The notes under the pieces were generated by a model. It saw only the letters and a list, made by a program, of their open reading frames with translations. It did not search any database and had not been told where the DNA came from. A DNA stretch of 40,310 nucleotides from a virus (Duplodnaviria > Caudoviricetes), in the IMG/VR virus record IMGVR_UViG_3300011438_000021, positions 1 through 40,310 of that record. The stretch is one strand, 5' to 3'. A program made the position numbers and the translations under genes. Position 1 is the stretch's first letter, and every line of letters begins with the position of its first letter. Shown here in pieces: positions 8,018 through 15,642 of this stretch.

Positions 8018-8427
8018 CCGTGAGCGCACCCGACCTTCGCGCTCGTGCCCTCTGGCAGGCCTACGCGGCCCTTGGCGCTCGTATCGCCGAGGCCGTGGGG
8101 CCTGACCCCTTCGGCCCCCAGCCCGGCGACCGCGACCCGTGGACCGCCCTCGCCGACCTGACCATCCGGGGCTACCACGGCATCCACAGCCTGCACGGGC
8201 GCTACCCTGCTGGCACCGTCCTGACTGTGGGCCAACTCGCCGAGATCCCCGACGCGACCCTCCGCACCGTCCAGCACCTCGGGCGGGCGACCCTCAAGGA
8301 GATCCGCGAGGCCATCCGCCTCCACCGCCTCCACGCCTCCGCGCAGGCGAACGTGGACCCCGCGTCTGTGCTCCTCGCCGACGACCCGTCGCTGCTGATC
8401 AACATCCTCGCGGACGAGCCGGGATGA
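8014..8427 (+). CDS. Protein with RNA polymerase alpha C-terminal-domain-like (HhH) region
   Basis: TVGQLAEIPDATLRTVQHLGRATLKEIREAI matches the alphaCTD pattern TVxxL....LL...NLGxKSLxEI. Confidence 0.65.
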   Translation: MTVSAPDLRARALWQAYAALGARIAEAVGPDPFGPQPGDRDPWTALADLTIRGYHGIHSLHGRYPAGTVLTVGQLAEIPDATLRTVQHLGRATLKEIREAIRLHRLHASAQANVDPASVLLADDPSLLINILADEPG

Positions 8428-8475
8428 AACCGGCACCCCCTCGGGTATACTGCCCGGGCTTGATTGACTTGAATC

Positions 8476-8910
8476 ATGGCTAATGGGCATGGGGGCAAGC
8501 GCCCCGGCGCGGGCGTCAAGAAGGGCAGTCGCCTGCCTAAAACCCTTGAGAAGGAAGCCGCCCGCGAATACGTCAGGCGCCGCGTCACCGAGGCCCTCGA
8601 CCCGCTGCTCGACGCGCAGGTCGCCCACGCGGTCGGCCTCAAATACCTCGTCGTGCGTGAGGCCTCGTCGGGTAAGTTCGTCCGCGTCACCGAAGCCCTC
8701 GCTCGCCAAAAGCTCGGGAAGACCGACGAGGTCATCGAGGTCTGGGAGAAAGACCCCAGCGTGCAAGCCTTCACCGACCTCCTGAACCGCGCCCTCGACA
8801 AGCCCAAGGAGCAGGAGCAGACGATCAAACTAGTCGGGGACGACGAGCAGATCCGGCGACTCCACGCCGGTCGTGCCCGCGCCCGCGCTTCTCGGAAGGA
8901 CGCTGAATGA
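8476..8910 (+). CDS. terS: Putative terminase small subunit
   Basis: N-terminal GGKRPGAGVKKGS motif and LLNRALDKP C-region typical of TerS-like proteins; upstream of TerL. Confidence 0.6.
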   Translation: MANGHGGKRPGAGVKKGSRLPKTLEKEAAREYVRRRVTEALDPLLDAQVAHAVGLKYLVVREASSGKFVRVTEALARQKLGKTDEVIEVWEKDPSVQAFTDLLNRALDKPKEQEQTIKLVGDDEQIRRLHAGRARARASRKDAE

Positions 8911-9320
8911 CTCGCTGGCTCGCCGCGCTCGCGCTCGGCCTCTCGCTCGGGTGCAACAACGTCGTGCAGCCCACCGAGTCGCCCTCGGGCACCGTGCCGC
9001 CCAACAGCACCGTGCCCCGGGATCAGGCCGACACCATCGAATACCGCGTGACCGGCAACGCCCAGACCGTGCTGGTCCGCTTCTCCACCAGCGTGGACGG
9101 CCTGTCCCAGATCAGCACCACCCTGCCCTACCTCGTGAACTTCAAGAGCGACCGGCAGTCGCTGTTCCTCTCGCTGGAGGCCGTGCCCATCAGCACGCCC
9201 TTCACCGTGCTCTACCCGTTCCTCGCCGTGCAGATCTTCACCAACGGCGTCCTATTCCGCGAGGCCTCGACCACCGCCTATAGCACCCCGGTCGCAGTCA
9301 GCGGGACGTGGCGCCACTAA
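8907..9320 (+). CDS. Lipoprotein with beta-sandwich (MmpS-like) domain
   Basis: Signal MTRWLAALALGLSLG-C lipobox; IEYRVTG...TTLPY...VQIFTNG. Confidence 0.7.
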   Translation: MTRWLAALALGLSLGCNNVVQPTESPSGTVPPNSTVPRDQADTIEYRVTGNAQTVLVRFSTSVDGLSQISTTLPYLVNFKSDRQSLFLSLEAVPISTPFTVLYPFLAVQIFTNGVLFREASTTAYSTPVAVSGTWRH

Positions 9321-9335
9321 CCCCCCGGAGACACC

Positions 9336-9590
9336 ATGCCTGAACGCATCAGTGCCGAGCGAGCCGCCGAGCGGTTCTACCAGATTCACGCCCTGCAGGA
9401 GGACATCGACGCCGTGGACGTGTCCCTCGCGGGCCTCAAGGCCGAGGCCGCGGACGTCGCCGAGCGCATGAGCGCCCTCAAGGCGACCAAGCGCGACCTG
9501 CAGGAGGCGATCCGACAGGCCGCGAAGGACCGGGGTGAACTGCCGCTGATCCACCTGATGGATTACGACCCCGTCGCTGCCTCGCGGTAG
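9336..9590 (+). CDS. Coiled-coil hypothetical protein
   Basis: SD GGAG; heptad-rich sequence. Confidence 0.7.
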   Translation: MPERISAERAAERFYQIHALQEDIDAVDVSLAGLKAEAADVAERMSALKATKRDLQEAIRQAAKDRGELPLIHLMDYDPVAASR

Positions 9591-9592
9591 CT

Positions 9593-9778
9593 GTGGCTCC
9601 ACGCACCCCGAAGGCGGCGCCAGTCCTGCCCGGCCTCTACGATGGCTCTGCGCCCGCCGCTGGGCCGCTGGCGCCGGTCCGAGGGCCCGAGCCTCCCGCG
9701 CCTGCGCCGAAGGCCCCACAGGCCCCGCCAACGGCCTCGTCTGGCCGTCTCCGTGCAACGGGAGAGTCCCATGACTGA
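9593..9778 (+). CDS. Pro/Ala-rich hypothetical protein
   Basis: Fills the gap in the operon; low complexity. Confidence 0.35.
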   Translation: MAPRTPKAAPVLPGLYDGSAPAAGPLAPVRGPEPPAPAPKAPQAPPTASSGRLRATGESHD

Positions 9779-9953
9779 AACGCTCATCGCGCTCGTCGTG
9801 CTGCTCGCGGTCGCCGCGTTCGCCTACTGGGCCGGGCACAAGCTCGCCGAGGCCTTCGGCCTGCCTGCGCCCATCCTCGTCCTGTTCGACATCCTGATCG
9901 TGGCCGTGGTGCTGCTCTACCTGCTGCGCCTGTTCAAGCTGTCCCCGGTATGA
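9771..9953 (+). CDS. Two-TM small membrane protein (holin-like candidate)
   Basis: SD GGAGAG; MTETLIALVVLLAVAAFAYW...ILIVAVVLLYLL. Confidence 0.65.
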   Translation: MTETLIALVVLLAVAAFAYWAGHKLAEAFGLPAPILVLFDILIVAVVLLYLLRLFKLSPV

Positions 9954-9958
9954 CGCGC

Positions 9959-9985
9959 TCACCCTCTACAGGTGCAGCGATGAGT
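9959..9985 (+). repeat. Cassette junction, 27-bp direct repeat (left)
   Basis: TCACCCTCTACAGGTGCAGCGATGAGT, identical to 10261-10287. Confidence 0.95.
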
Positions 9986-10285
9986 GAGATACAAGACGCC
10001 ATTGCTCGACTGAACGAATCCACAGACAGCCTCGACCCTGTGGCGCATGTGAAGAAGCTGCAGGCCAAGCTCGCCGAGGTCGAAGCCGAGCGGGACGCCT
10101 ACAAGCGTGATTTCGGCGCAGAGTTGGACGGCAACGCCGCGATGCGGACACGTCTTGGTGCGCGTGAGTCGGAAACCATGTTCGCCTTTGTGGACCGATT
10201 AGCGGCCGAGCAGGAGCGTGACACGGAGGTGGAACCGTTTAAGTTCTGCCCCTATTGCGGTCACCCTCTACAGGTGCAGCGATGA
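9980..10285 (+). CDS. Cassette gene 6: coiled coil plus CPYC zinc ribbon (ends HPLQVQR)
   Basis: Flanked by 27-bp direct repeats; contains the LAEVEAERD module. Confidence 0.75.
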   Translation: MSEIQDAIARLNESTDSLDPVAHVKKLQAKLAEVEAERDAYKRDFGAELDGNAAMRTRLGARESETMFAFVDRLAAEQERDTEVEPFKFCPYCGHPLQVQR

Positions 10286-10287
10286 GT
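10261..10287 (+). repeat. Cassette junction, 27-bp direct repeat (right)
   Basis: Identical to 9959-9985. Confidence 0.95.
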
Positions 10288-10857
10288 CAGGACAATGTCG
10301 GCCTGATGGGAGCATTGCTTCTGACGCAACTCAAGGAAGAGTGCGAACAGCAGCACGCACGCGTGGAAGCCGCCGAACAGCGTCTCGCTGAGGTCGAAGC
10401 CGAGCGGGACAAGTGGAAGGATGCGGTCATCGACGCCCTCGTTGTGGACTGGTGCCTAAACGAGGAGACGGTCAACGATCCACACAAGGCGATTGCCGCT
10501 CTAATCGAATGGAACATCAAGATTCATGATGATCCAGCCGTTTCCAAGTCAGCGTATGACCGAGCAATGGAACTTGCATCCCTCAAGGCCGAGCAGGAGC
10601 GGCTACGGGAGGCGCTGAAGGCCACCACATTACAGGCCGCGAAGCAGGCCGAGCAGATCGCAGACAAGGACCGAAAATTGTCCGAGATGACAGAGATGTA
10701 CTCGGAAGCCGCCCGTGACGCGGAAGCCGCCGAGCAGCGTCTCGCCGAGGTCGAAGCCGAGCGGGACAAACTGGAAACGCAAGTCGAAGCACGCGATGAA
10801 TCCATCGCCCTCGCTAAGCGGTTATACGACGCCCTCAAGGCCGAGCGGGACAGGTGA
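10282..10857 (+). CDS. Cassette gene 7: modular coiled-coil protein
   Basis: EAAEQRLAEVEAERD twice; LKAEQERLREAL; ends in ACAGGTGATGA. Confidence 0.75.
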   Translation: MSQDNVGLMGALLLTQLKEECEQQHARVEAAEQRLAEVEAERDKWKDAVIDALVVDWCLNEETVNDPHKAIAALIEWNIKIHDDPAVSKSAYDRAMELASLKAEQERLREALKATTLQAAKQAEQIADKDRKLSEMTEMYSEAARDAEAAEQRLAEVEAERDKLETQVEARDESIALAKRLYDALKAERDR

Positions 10858-10988
10858 TGACCTGCCGCTGCGGGAAGCCTGCCTGCGTGGACGCCAAGGG
10901 CCTCGGCGTGTTCTGCCTGCACTGCTGGGTGAAGGCGAACTGGTCGCGGTTCATCCGCCAGCGCGAGCGTTTGACGACCGATGGCTAG
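10857..10988 (+). CDS. Small zinc-finger protein
   Basis: Not in the ORF track; MTCRCGKPAC...FCLHCW; TGATG coupling. Confidence 0.5.
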   Translation: MTCRCGKPACVDAKGLGVFCLHCWVKANWSRFIRQRERLTTDG

Positions 10989-11062
10989 ACGCTTCGGGTT
11001 TTCGGGCGTATCGCGAGAATTGCTGAATAAAAGTGCATTTTCCCACAGGGTGAGAAGAACCA

Positions 11063-11266
11063 ATGCCTGAACCAGTCGAAGCCCTGCGCCGCGCCGTCGA
11101 TGAACTGACCCTGCTGGACTACATCGCGCTCGCGCTGGCGCCCACGCTCATGCAGAACCACCCGGCGAGCGACGGCGCCCTCGCGAAGGACGCCTACGCC
11201 CTCGCCGCTGCCTTCCTCGCCGAGCGGCTGGAGCGGTCGGTCGCATATGCCGCTGAAGGCGAGTAG
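11063..11266 (+). CDS. Hypothetical phage protein
   Basis: LTLLDYIA...AKDAYALAAAFLAER resembles the common phage 'MTLRDYFA...AYxxADAMLxER' small protein. Confidence 0.7.
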   Translation: MPEPVEALRRAVDELTLLDYIALALAPTLMQNHPASDGALAKDAYALAAAFLAERLERSVAYAAEGE

Positions 11267-12758
11267 GCCCGCCCCGGCGTCCTACGACGCCCTGCTGGAC
11301 GACGAGGTCGCGAGCTACTACGCCGACCCGCTGGGCTTTGTGCTGGCGATGTATGACTGGGGCGAACCCGGCGTGCTGGAGCACTACCCCGGGCCGGATA
11401 CGTGGCAGCGCGACATGCTCCACTCCATCGGCCTGCAGGTCGGCGAGCGGGGCTTCGACGGCATCACGCCGGTCCTGCCCATCCGCGTGGCGGTGTCGAG
11501 CGGCCACGGCGTCGGGAAGAGCGTGATGGTCGCGTGGATCGTCAACTGGCTCATGTCCACCCGCCCGCACTGCAAGGGCACCGTGACGGCGAACACCGCG
11601 ACCCAGCTACAGAGCAAGACGTGGTCGTCCATCACGACGTGGAACCTCCGCAGCCGCACCGGGCACTGGTTTGAGGTCAACTCGATCCGGATGGCGCGGA
11701 AGGGCCACGAGAAAAGCTGGTTCTGCACCCCGCAGTCGTGCCGCGAGCAGAACAGCGAGGCCTTCGCCGGGCAGCACGCCGCCGACAGCAGCAGCTTCTA
11801 CATCTTCGATGAGGCGAGCAGCATCCCCGAGAGCATCTACGAGGTCGCCGAGGGCGGGCTGACCGATGGCGAGCCGCTGATCCTGCTGTTCGGAAACCCG
11901 ACACGGTCACAGGGGTCGTTTTACGAGGCGTGTTTTGGCAAGATGCGCCATCGCTGGCACCCGGTCGTCGTGGACGGGCGCGAGGCGCGGTTCACCAACA
12001 AGGTGCTGATCCAGCAGTGGGTGGACGACCACGGCCTCGACAGCGACTTTGTGCGGGTGCGCGTGCTGGGCCTCCCGCCGCAGGCGTCCGACCTCCAGTT
12101 CATCGGGACGAGCCTCGTGCAGCAGGCGCAGCGGGTCGCCGCCGTCAGCCTGACCGACGACCCGCTCGTGGCAGGCCTCGACATGGCACGCGGCGGCTCG
12201 GACGACTGCGTGCTGGCCTTCCGGAAGGGCAAGGATGCCCGCAGCATCAAGCCGGTCCGCATCCCGGGGGCGCAGGCCAAAGACTCGATGCGCGTCGTGT
12301 CGGTCATCGCCGAGCAACTGCAGAAGTTCCACAACGGGCAGCGCCTGCAGATCCTGTTTGTGGACGCGACCGGCGGGTCCATCGGCGGGCCGGTCGCCGA
12401 CCGCCTGCGGCAACTGGGGCACAAGAACGTGGTGGACGTGCAGTTCGGGAGCGACTCGCCCGACCGCAAGTATGCGAACCGGCGCGGGTATCTCTGGGGC
12501 AAGATGCGGGACTGGCTGTCGGCAGGGGGGGCGATTGACCCGGCGCCGGAGCTAGAGACAGACCTGACCGGGCCGGGCTACTTCCACGACAAGCACGACC
12601 GGCTGTTGCTGGAGAGCAAGGAAGACATGAAGCGGCGGGGGCTGTCGTCGCCCGACTACGCGGACGCGCTGGCCTGCACGTTCGACCGGGCCGTCGCGCC
12701 CATCGCGGCGCCGGGGAGCCTGCCGCCCGGGCCGCGCACGGTGAGCAAGTGGGGCTGA
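11247..12758 (+). CDS. terL: Terminase large subunit
   Basis: Walker A SGHGVGKS, Walker B YIFDEA, FGNPTR, nuclease motifs GLDMARGGSDD and SPDYADAL. Confidence 0.95.
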   Translation: MPLKASRPAPASYDALLDDEVASYYADPLGFVLAMYDWGEPGVLEHYPGPDTWQRDMLHSIGLQVGERGFDGITPVLPIRVAVSSGHGVGKSVMVAWIVNWLMSTRPHCKGTVTANTATQLQSKTWSSITTWNLRSRTGHWFEVNSIRMARKGHEKSWFCTPQSCREQNSEAFAGQHAADSSSFYIFDEASSIPESIYEVAEGGLTDGEPLILLFGNPTRSQGSFYEACFGKMRHRWHPVVVDGREARFTNKVLIQQWVDDHGLDSDFVRVRVLGLPPQASDLQFIGTSLVQQAQRVAAVSLTDDPLVAGLDMARGGSDDCVLAFRKGKDARSIKPVRIPGAQAKDSMRVVSVIAEQLQKFHNGQRLQILFVDATGGSIGGPVADRLRQLGHKNVVDVQFGSDSPDRKYANRRGYLWGKMRDWLSAGGAIDPAPELETDLTGPGYFHDKHDRLLLESKEDMKRRGLSSPDYADALACTFDRAVAPIAAPGSLPPGPRTVSKWG

Positions 12759-12931
12759 GACACCGACTCGCGCATTGGCTGGGCTGGAACCGGGGCACCG
12801 TCGAGACGTGGTGGTCGGGCGACGTGATGCTGGTCGGGTTCCGGTGCGTGACCTGCGGACGGCTCGGGAGCGTCGGCGTGGTGCCCCGGGCCGTCTCGCA
12901 TCCCGACGAGGTGTCCCGTGGCCCTGAGTGA
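12749..12931 (+). CDS. Small hypothetical protein (CxxC)
   Basis: Overlaps the TerL end; VGFRCVTCG. Confidence 0.55.
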   Translation: MGLRHRLAHWLGWNRGTVETWWSGDVMLVGFRCVTCGRLGSVGVVPRAVSHPDEVSRGPE

Positions 12932-13025
12932 GGAGCAGCGGGGCTGGGTCGGCGTGCTGGTCGTCGGCGGCACCCTGCTGCTGCTCGCCGGGGGCTGGGT
13001 GTGGGTCGTGACGCAGTGCCTGTGA
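12918..13025 (+). CDS. Small single-TM protein
   Basis: SD GAGGTG, GTG start; ...GWVGVLVVGGTLLLLAGGWVWVV. Confidence 0.45.
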   Translation: MALSEEQRGWVGVLVVGGTLLLLAGGWVWVVTQCL

Positions 13026-13059
13026 GTTCGGCGTAGACTACCGCAACCCCGGAGGACCG

Positions 13060-13272
13060 ATGCCCAGACCGACTGGCGCCCCCTACGACGTGGCGAGCAC
13101 CGACTTGGCGGATGCGATTGCCGAGGCCGTGGACGACCTCACGCCCGAGGGCTGGAAGGCCGTCGTCGTCCTGTATTGCCCCGAGGACGGCGCGATTGTC
13201 GTCCGCAGTTCGATGAACCAGACCGCCACGCACATGGCCCTCGCTGACCTCCTGCACCAGATCACCCACTGA
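13060..13272 (+). CDS. Hypothetical protein
   Basis: Strong SD GGAGG. Confidence 0.65.
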   Translation: MPRPTGAPYDVASTDLADAIAEAVDDLTPEGWKAVVVLYCPEDGAIVVRSSMNQTATHMALADLLHQITH

Positions 13273-13281
13273 AGGACGCCC

Positions 13282-15639
13282 ATGCCTGTCGATGATGACG
13301 ACCTCAAGGAAATCCGCGAACTGTATACGCACGACAGCCACGAGTGGTCGGACATCGTCAAGGAAGGCGACATCGACATGCGCTACGCGGCGGGCGACCC
13401 GTGGGAGCCGCTCGACCGGCAGGCCCGCGAGGAGGCCGACCGCCCCTGCCTCAACGCCGACGAGATCAACCAGTTCCTGAACATCGCGGTGAACGACGTG
13501 CGCGTGAACAAGCGGGCCGTCGAGTTCAGCCCGAACGGGCGCGGGGCAAGCGAGAAGACCGCCGCGCTGTATGCCGACAAAATGCGCGAGGTCGAATACC
13601 GCAGTCAGGCGCAGGTCGCCTACACCACGGCGTTTCAGGACGCGGTCATGCGGGGCTACGGGTTCCTGCGGGTGAACACGCGGTTCACGAGCGAGCGCAG
13701 CTTCGATCAGGACATCTGGATCGAGCCGGTCCACAACCCGAACCTCGTCACGCCCGACTGCCGGGCGCTCATGCCGACGATGAGCGACATGGAGCATATC
13801 TGGCTGCGCGAGGTCTACTCGCACGCCGACTACAACCTGCGGTTCAAGGAGAACCAGATCGACTCGCGCCACGTCAGCGACCTCGCCCGGGAGGCGCCGC
13901 TCTGGGTGGACAGCACGCGGGTGTTTGTCGGGGAGTATTGGCGGAAACGCTACACCCTCAAGAAGCTGCTCTACATCACGCCGCAGGTGCCGCCGCAGCC
14001 CGGGTCGGTGCTGGGCCTGCAACAGCCGCAGACGGTGCAGGCGAGGCCGCTGGCGCTGTTTGAGGACGACTTCAAGGCCTCGGGGAGCCTCGGGACCGTG
14101 CATCGCGAGCGCGAGGTGGACGTGCCGGTGGTCGAGCAGATCCTGACCAACGGCGTCGAGATCCTGCAGACCAACCCGTGGGCCGGGAAATACATCCCGT
14201 TTGTCGCGTGCCTCGGGCGCGTGCTGTATCTGAGCGACACCGGCAAGCAGCGCCGGGTGATCGGCTCGATGATCCGGCTCGCTCGCGACCCGCAGATGCT
14301 CTACGCCTTCATCGTGACCAACGAGGCCGAGTCGTTCGGCATGGCGCCGAAGTTCCCCTACTTCGTCTACGAGGGGCAACTGGACGCCCGCAACCTCGAC
14401 CTCCTGAACAACAGCAACAAGGCGCCGGTCGCCGTCATCGAGGTCAAGCCGCAGATCGAGGGCATCGGGGGCGACCAGCCGGTGCCGATGCCGCAGCGCA
14501 ACCCCTACGACCCGCCCGCGCAGGCTTACGAGATTGCGAAGGAGAGCGCCCGGCGGATGATTCAGGCGGCGATGGCGCAGACCCCGCTGCCGACCGCCGC
14601 GCAGCGGTCGAACCAGAAGAGCGGGAAGGCGCTACAGAAGATCGATGAACTGGGGCAGCGGGGCAGCTACCACTTCACCGACCACTACCTCGACATGATC
14701 CAGCAGGTCGGGGTCATCTGCGAGGACTTGTTTGAGCAGGTCTACGACGGCACGCGGGACATCGGCGCCCGCAAGGGCAACGACGAGGCCTACAACGTGC
14801 CGATCAACGACCCGACCAACCCCGAGTCGGAGAGCATGAGCGGCGACCACCTCGTGACCGTCAGCACGGGGCCGTCGTTCGACTCGCAGCGCGACGAGGC
14901 GTCGGACTTCGCGGATACGCTGGCCTCGATGGGGCCGCAACTGTTCGCGGTGCTCGGGCCGATGATCGTCAAGCTGAAGAACCTCGGGCCGATTGGCGAC
15001 GAGATGGTGGAACTGCTGGAGACGCTCCAGCCGCCGGAGGTGCGGGCGCTGAGTGCGGCGAAGGCCAAGCCGGGCGACCCGAAACAGATGCAGTCCGAAC
15101 TGGTGACGGCGCAGGCCCAGATCAAGAAAATGCAGGAGGTCATGGGGAAGATGGAGGAGGCCCTCAAGACCGACGCGGCGAAGGCGAACGCCGGGCTGCA
15201 GGCCGCGCAGTTCAAGGCGCAGGCGGACGGCCAGCAGGCCCAACTGGAGGCGCAGACCAAGCAGCAACTGGCCGTGCTGGACGCGAAGCTGAAGACCGAC
15301 CTCGCGCTGCTGCAGGCCGAGATCGAGTCGAAGAAGCAACTGGCCGAAACCGACCGGCAACTGGCGCTGCAGGTGATGAAGAACAGCGCCACGATTGCGG
15401 TCGCGCACCTGTCAGCGGCGACCAAGGGGCTGGCGCTGAACGCGCACGCCGAGGAGGAGGCGCAGGCGCTCGGGTTCGACGCCGAGCAGGCCGACATGGA
15501 CCGCGAGCAGGAGGCGACCCTCACCAGTGAGCAGGCCGACCTCGACCGGCAGCATGAGGCTGAGATGGTGACGCAGCAAGCCGCGCTGATGCCGACCGCG
15601 CAGGGCGACGGCGACTACGGCCCGGCGGACGCGGAGTAG
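13282..15639 (+). CDS. Portal protein, P22-like
   Basis: YAAGDPW...RPCLNADEINQF, GMIRLARDPQ-type motif, V.VSTGPSFDSQR, long C-terminal coiled coil; follows TerL. Confidence 0.9.
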   Translation: MPVDDDDLKEIRELYTHDSHEWSDIVKEGDIDMRYAAGDPWEPLDRQAREEADRPCLNADEINQFLNIAVNDVRVNKRAVEFSPNGRGASEKTAALYADKMREVEYRSQAQVAYTTAFQDAVMRGYGFLRVNTRFTSERSFDQDIWIEPVHNPNLVTPDCRALMPTMSDMEHIWLREVYSHADYNLRFKENQIDSRHVSDLAREAPLWVDSTRVFVGEYWRKRYTLKKLLYITPQVPPQPGSVLGLQQPQTVQARPLALFEDDFKASGSLGTVHREREVDVPVVEQILTNGVEILQTNPWAGKYIPFVACLGRVLYLSDTGKQRRVIGSMIRLARDPQMLYAFIVTNEAESFGMAPKFPYFVYEGQLDARNLDLLNNSNKAPVAVIEVKPQIEGIGGDQPVPMPQRNPYDPPAQAYEIAKESARRMIQAAMAQTPLPTAAQRSNQKSGKALQKIDELGQRGSYHFTDHYLDMIQQVGVICEDLFEQVYDGTRDIGARKGNDEAYNVPINDPTNPESESMSGDHLVTVSTGPSFDSQRDEASDFADTLASMGPQLFAVLGPMIVKLKNLGPIGDEMVELLETLQPPEVRALSAAKAKPGDPKQMQSELVTAQAQIKKMQEVMGKMEEALKTDAAKANAGLQAAQFKAQADGQQAQLEAQTKQQLAVLDAKLKTDLALLQAEIESKKQLAETDRQLALQVMKNSATIAVAHLSAATKGLALNAHAEEEAQALGFDAEQADMDREQEATLTSEQADLDRQHEAEMVTQQAALMPTAQGDGDYGPADAE

Positions 15640-15642
15640 CCC

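Noticed and set aside
9951-9953. Stop-codon reassignment suggested by the in-frame TGA before RAHPLQVQR
   Set aside because: Large conserved genes are intact under the standard code and TGA is the common stop, so an insertion scar is the simpler explanation.
12304-14379. Long minus-strand ORFs (for example 12304-14379, 20613-22250, 24366-25835, 15763-17103)
   Set aside because: They are antisense shadows of well-supported + strand genes in high-GC DNA, with Arg/Pro/Gly-rich translations and no motifs.
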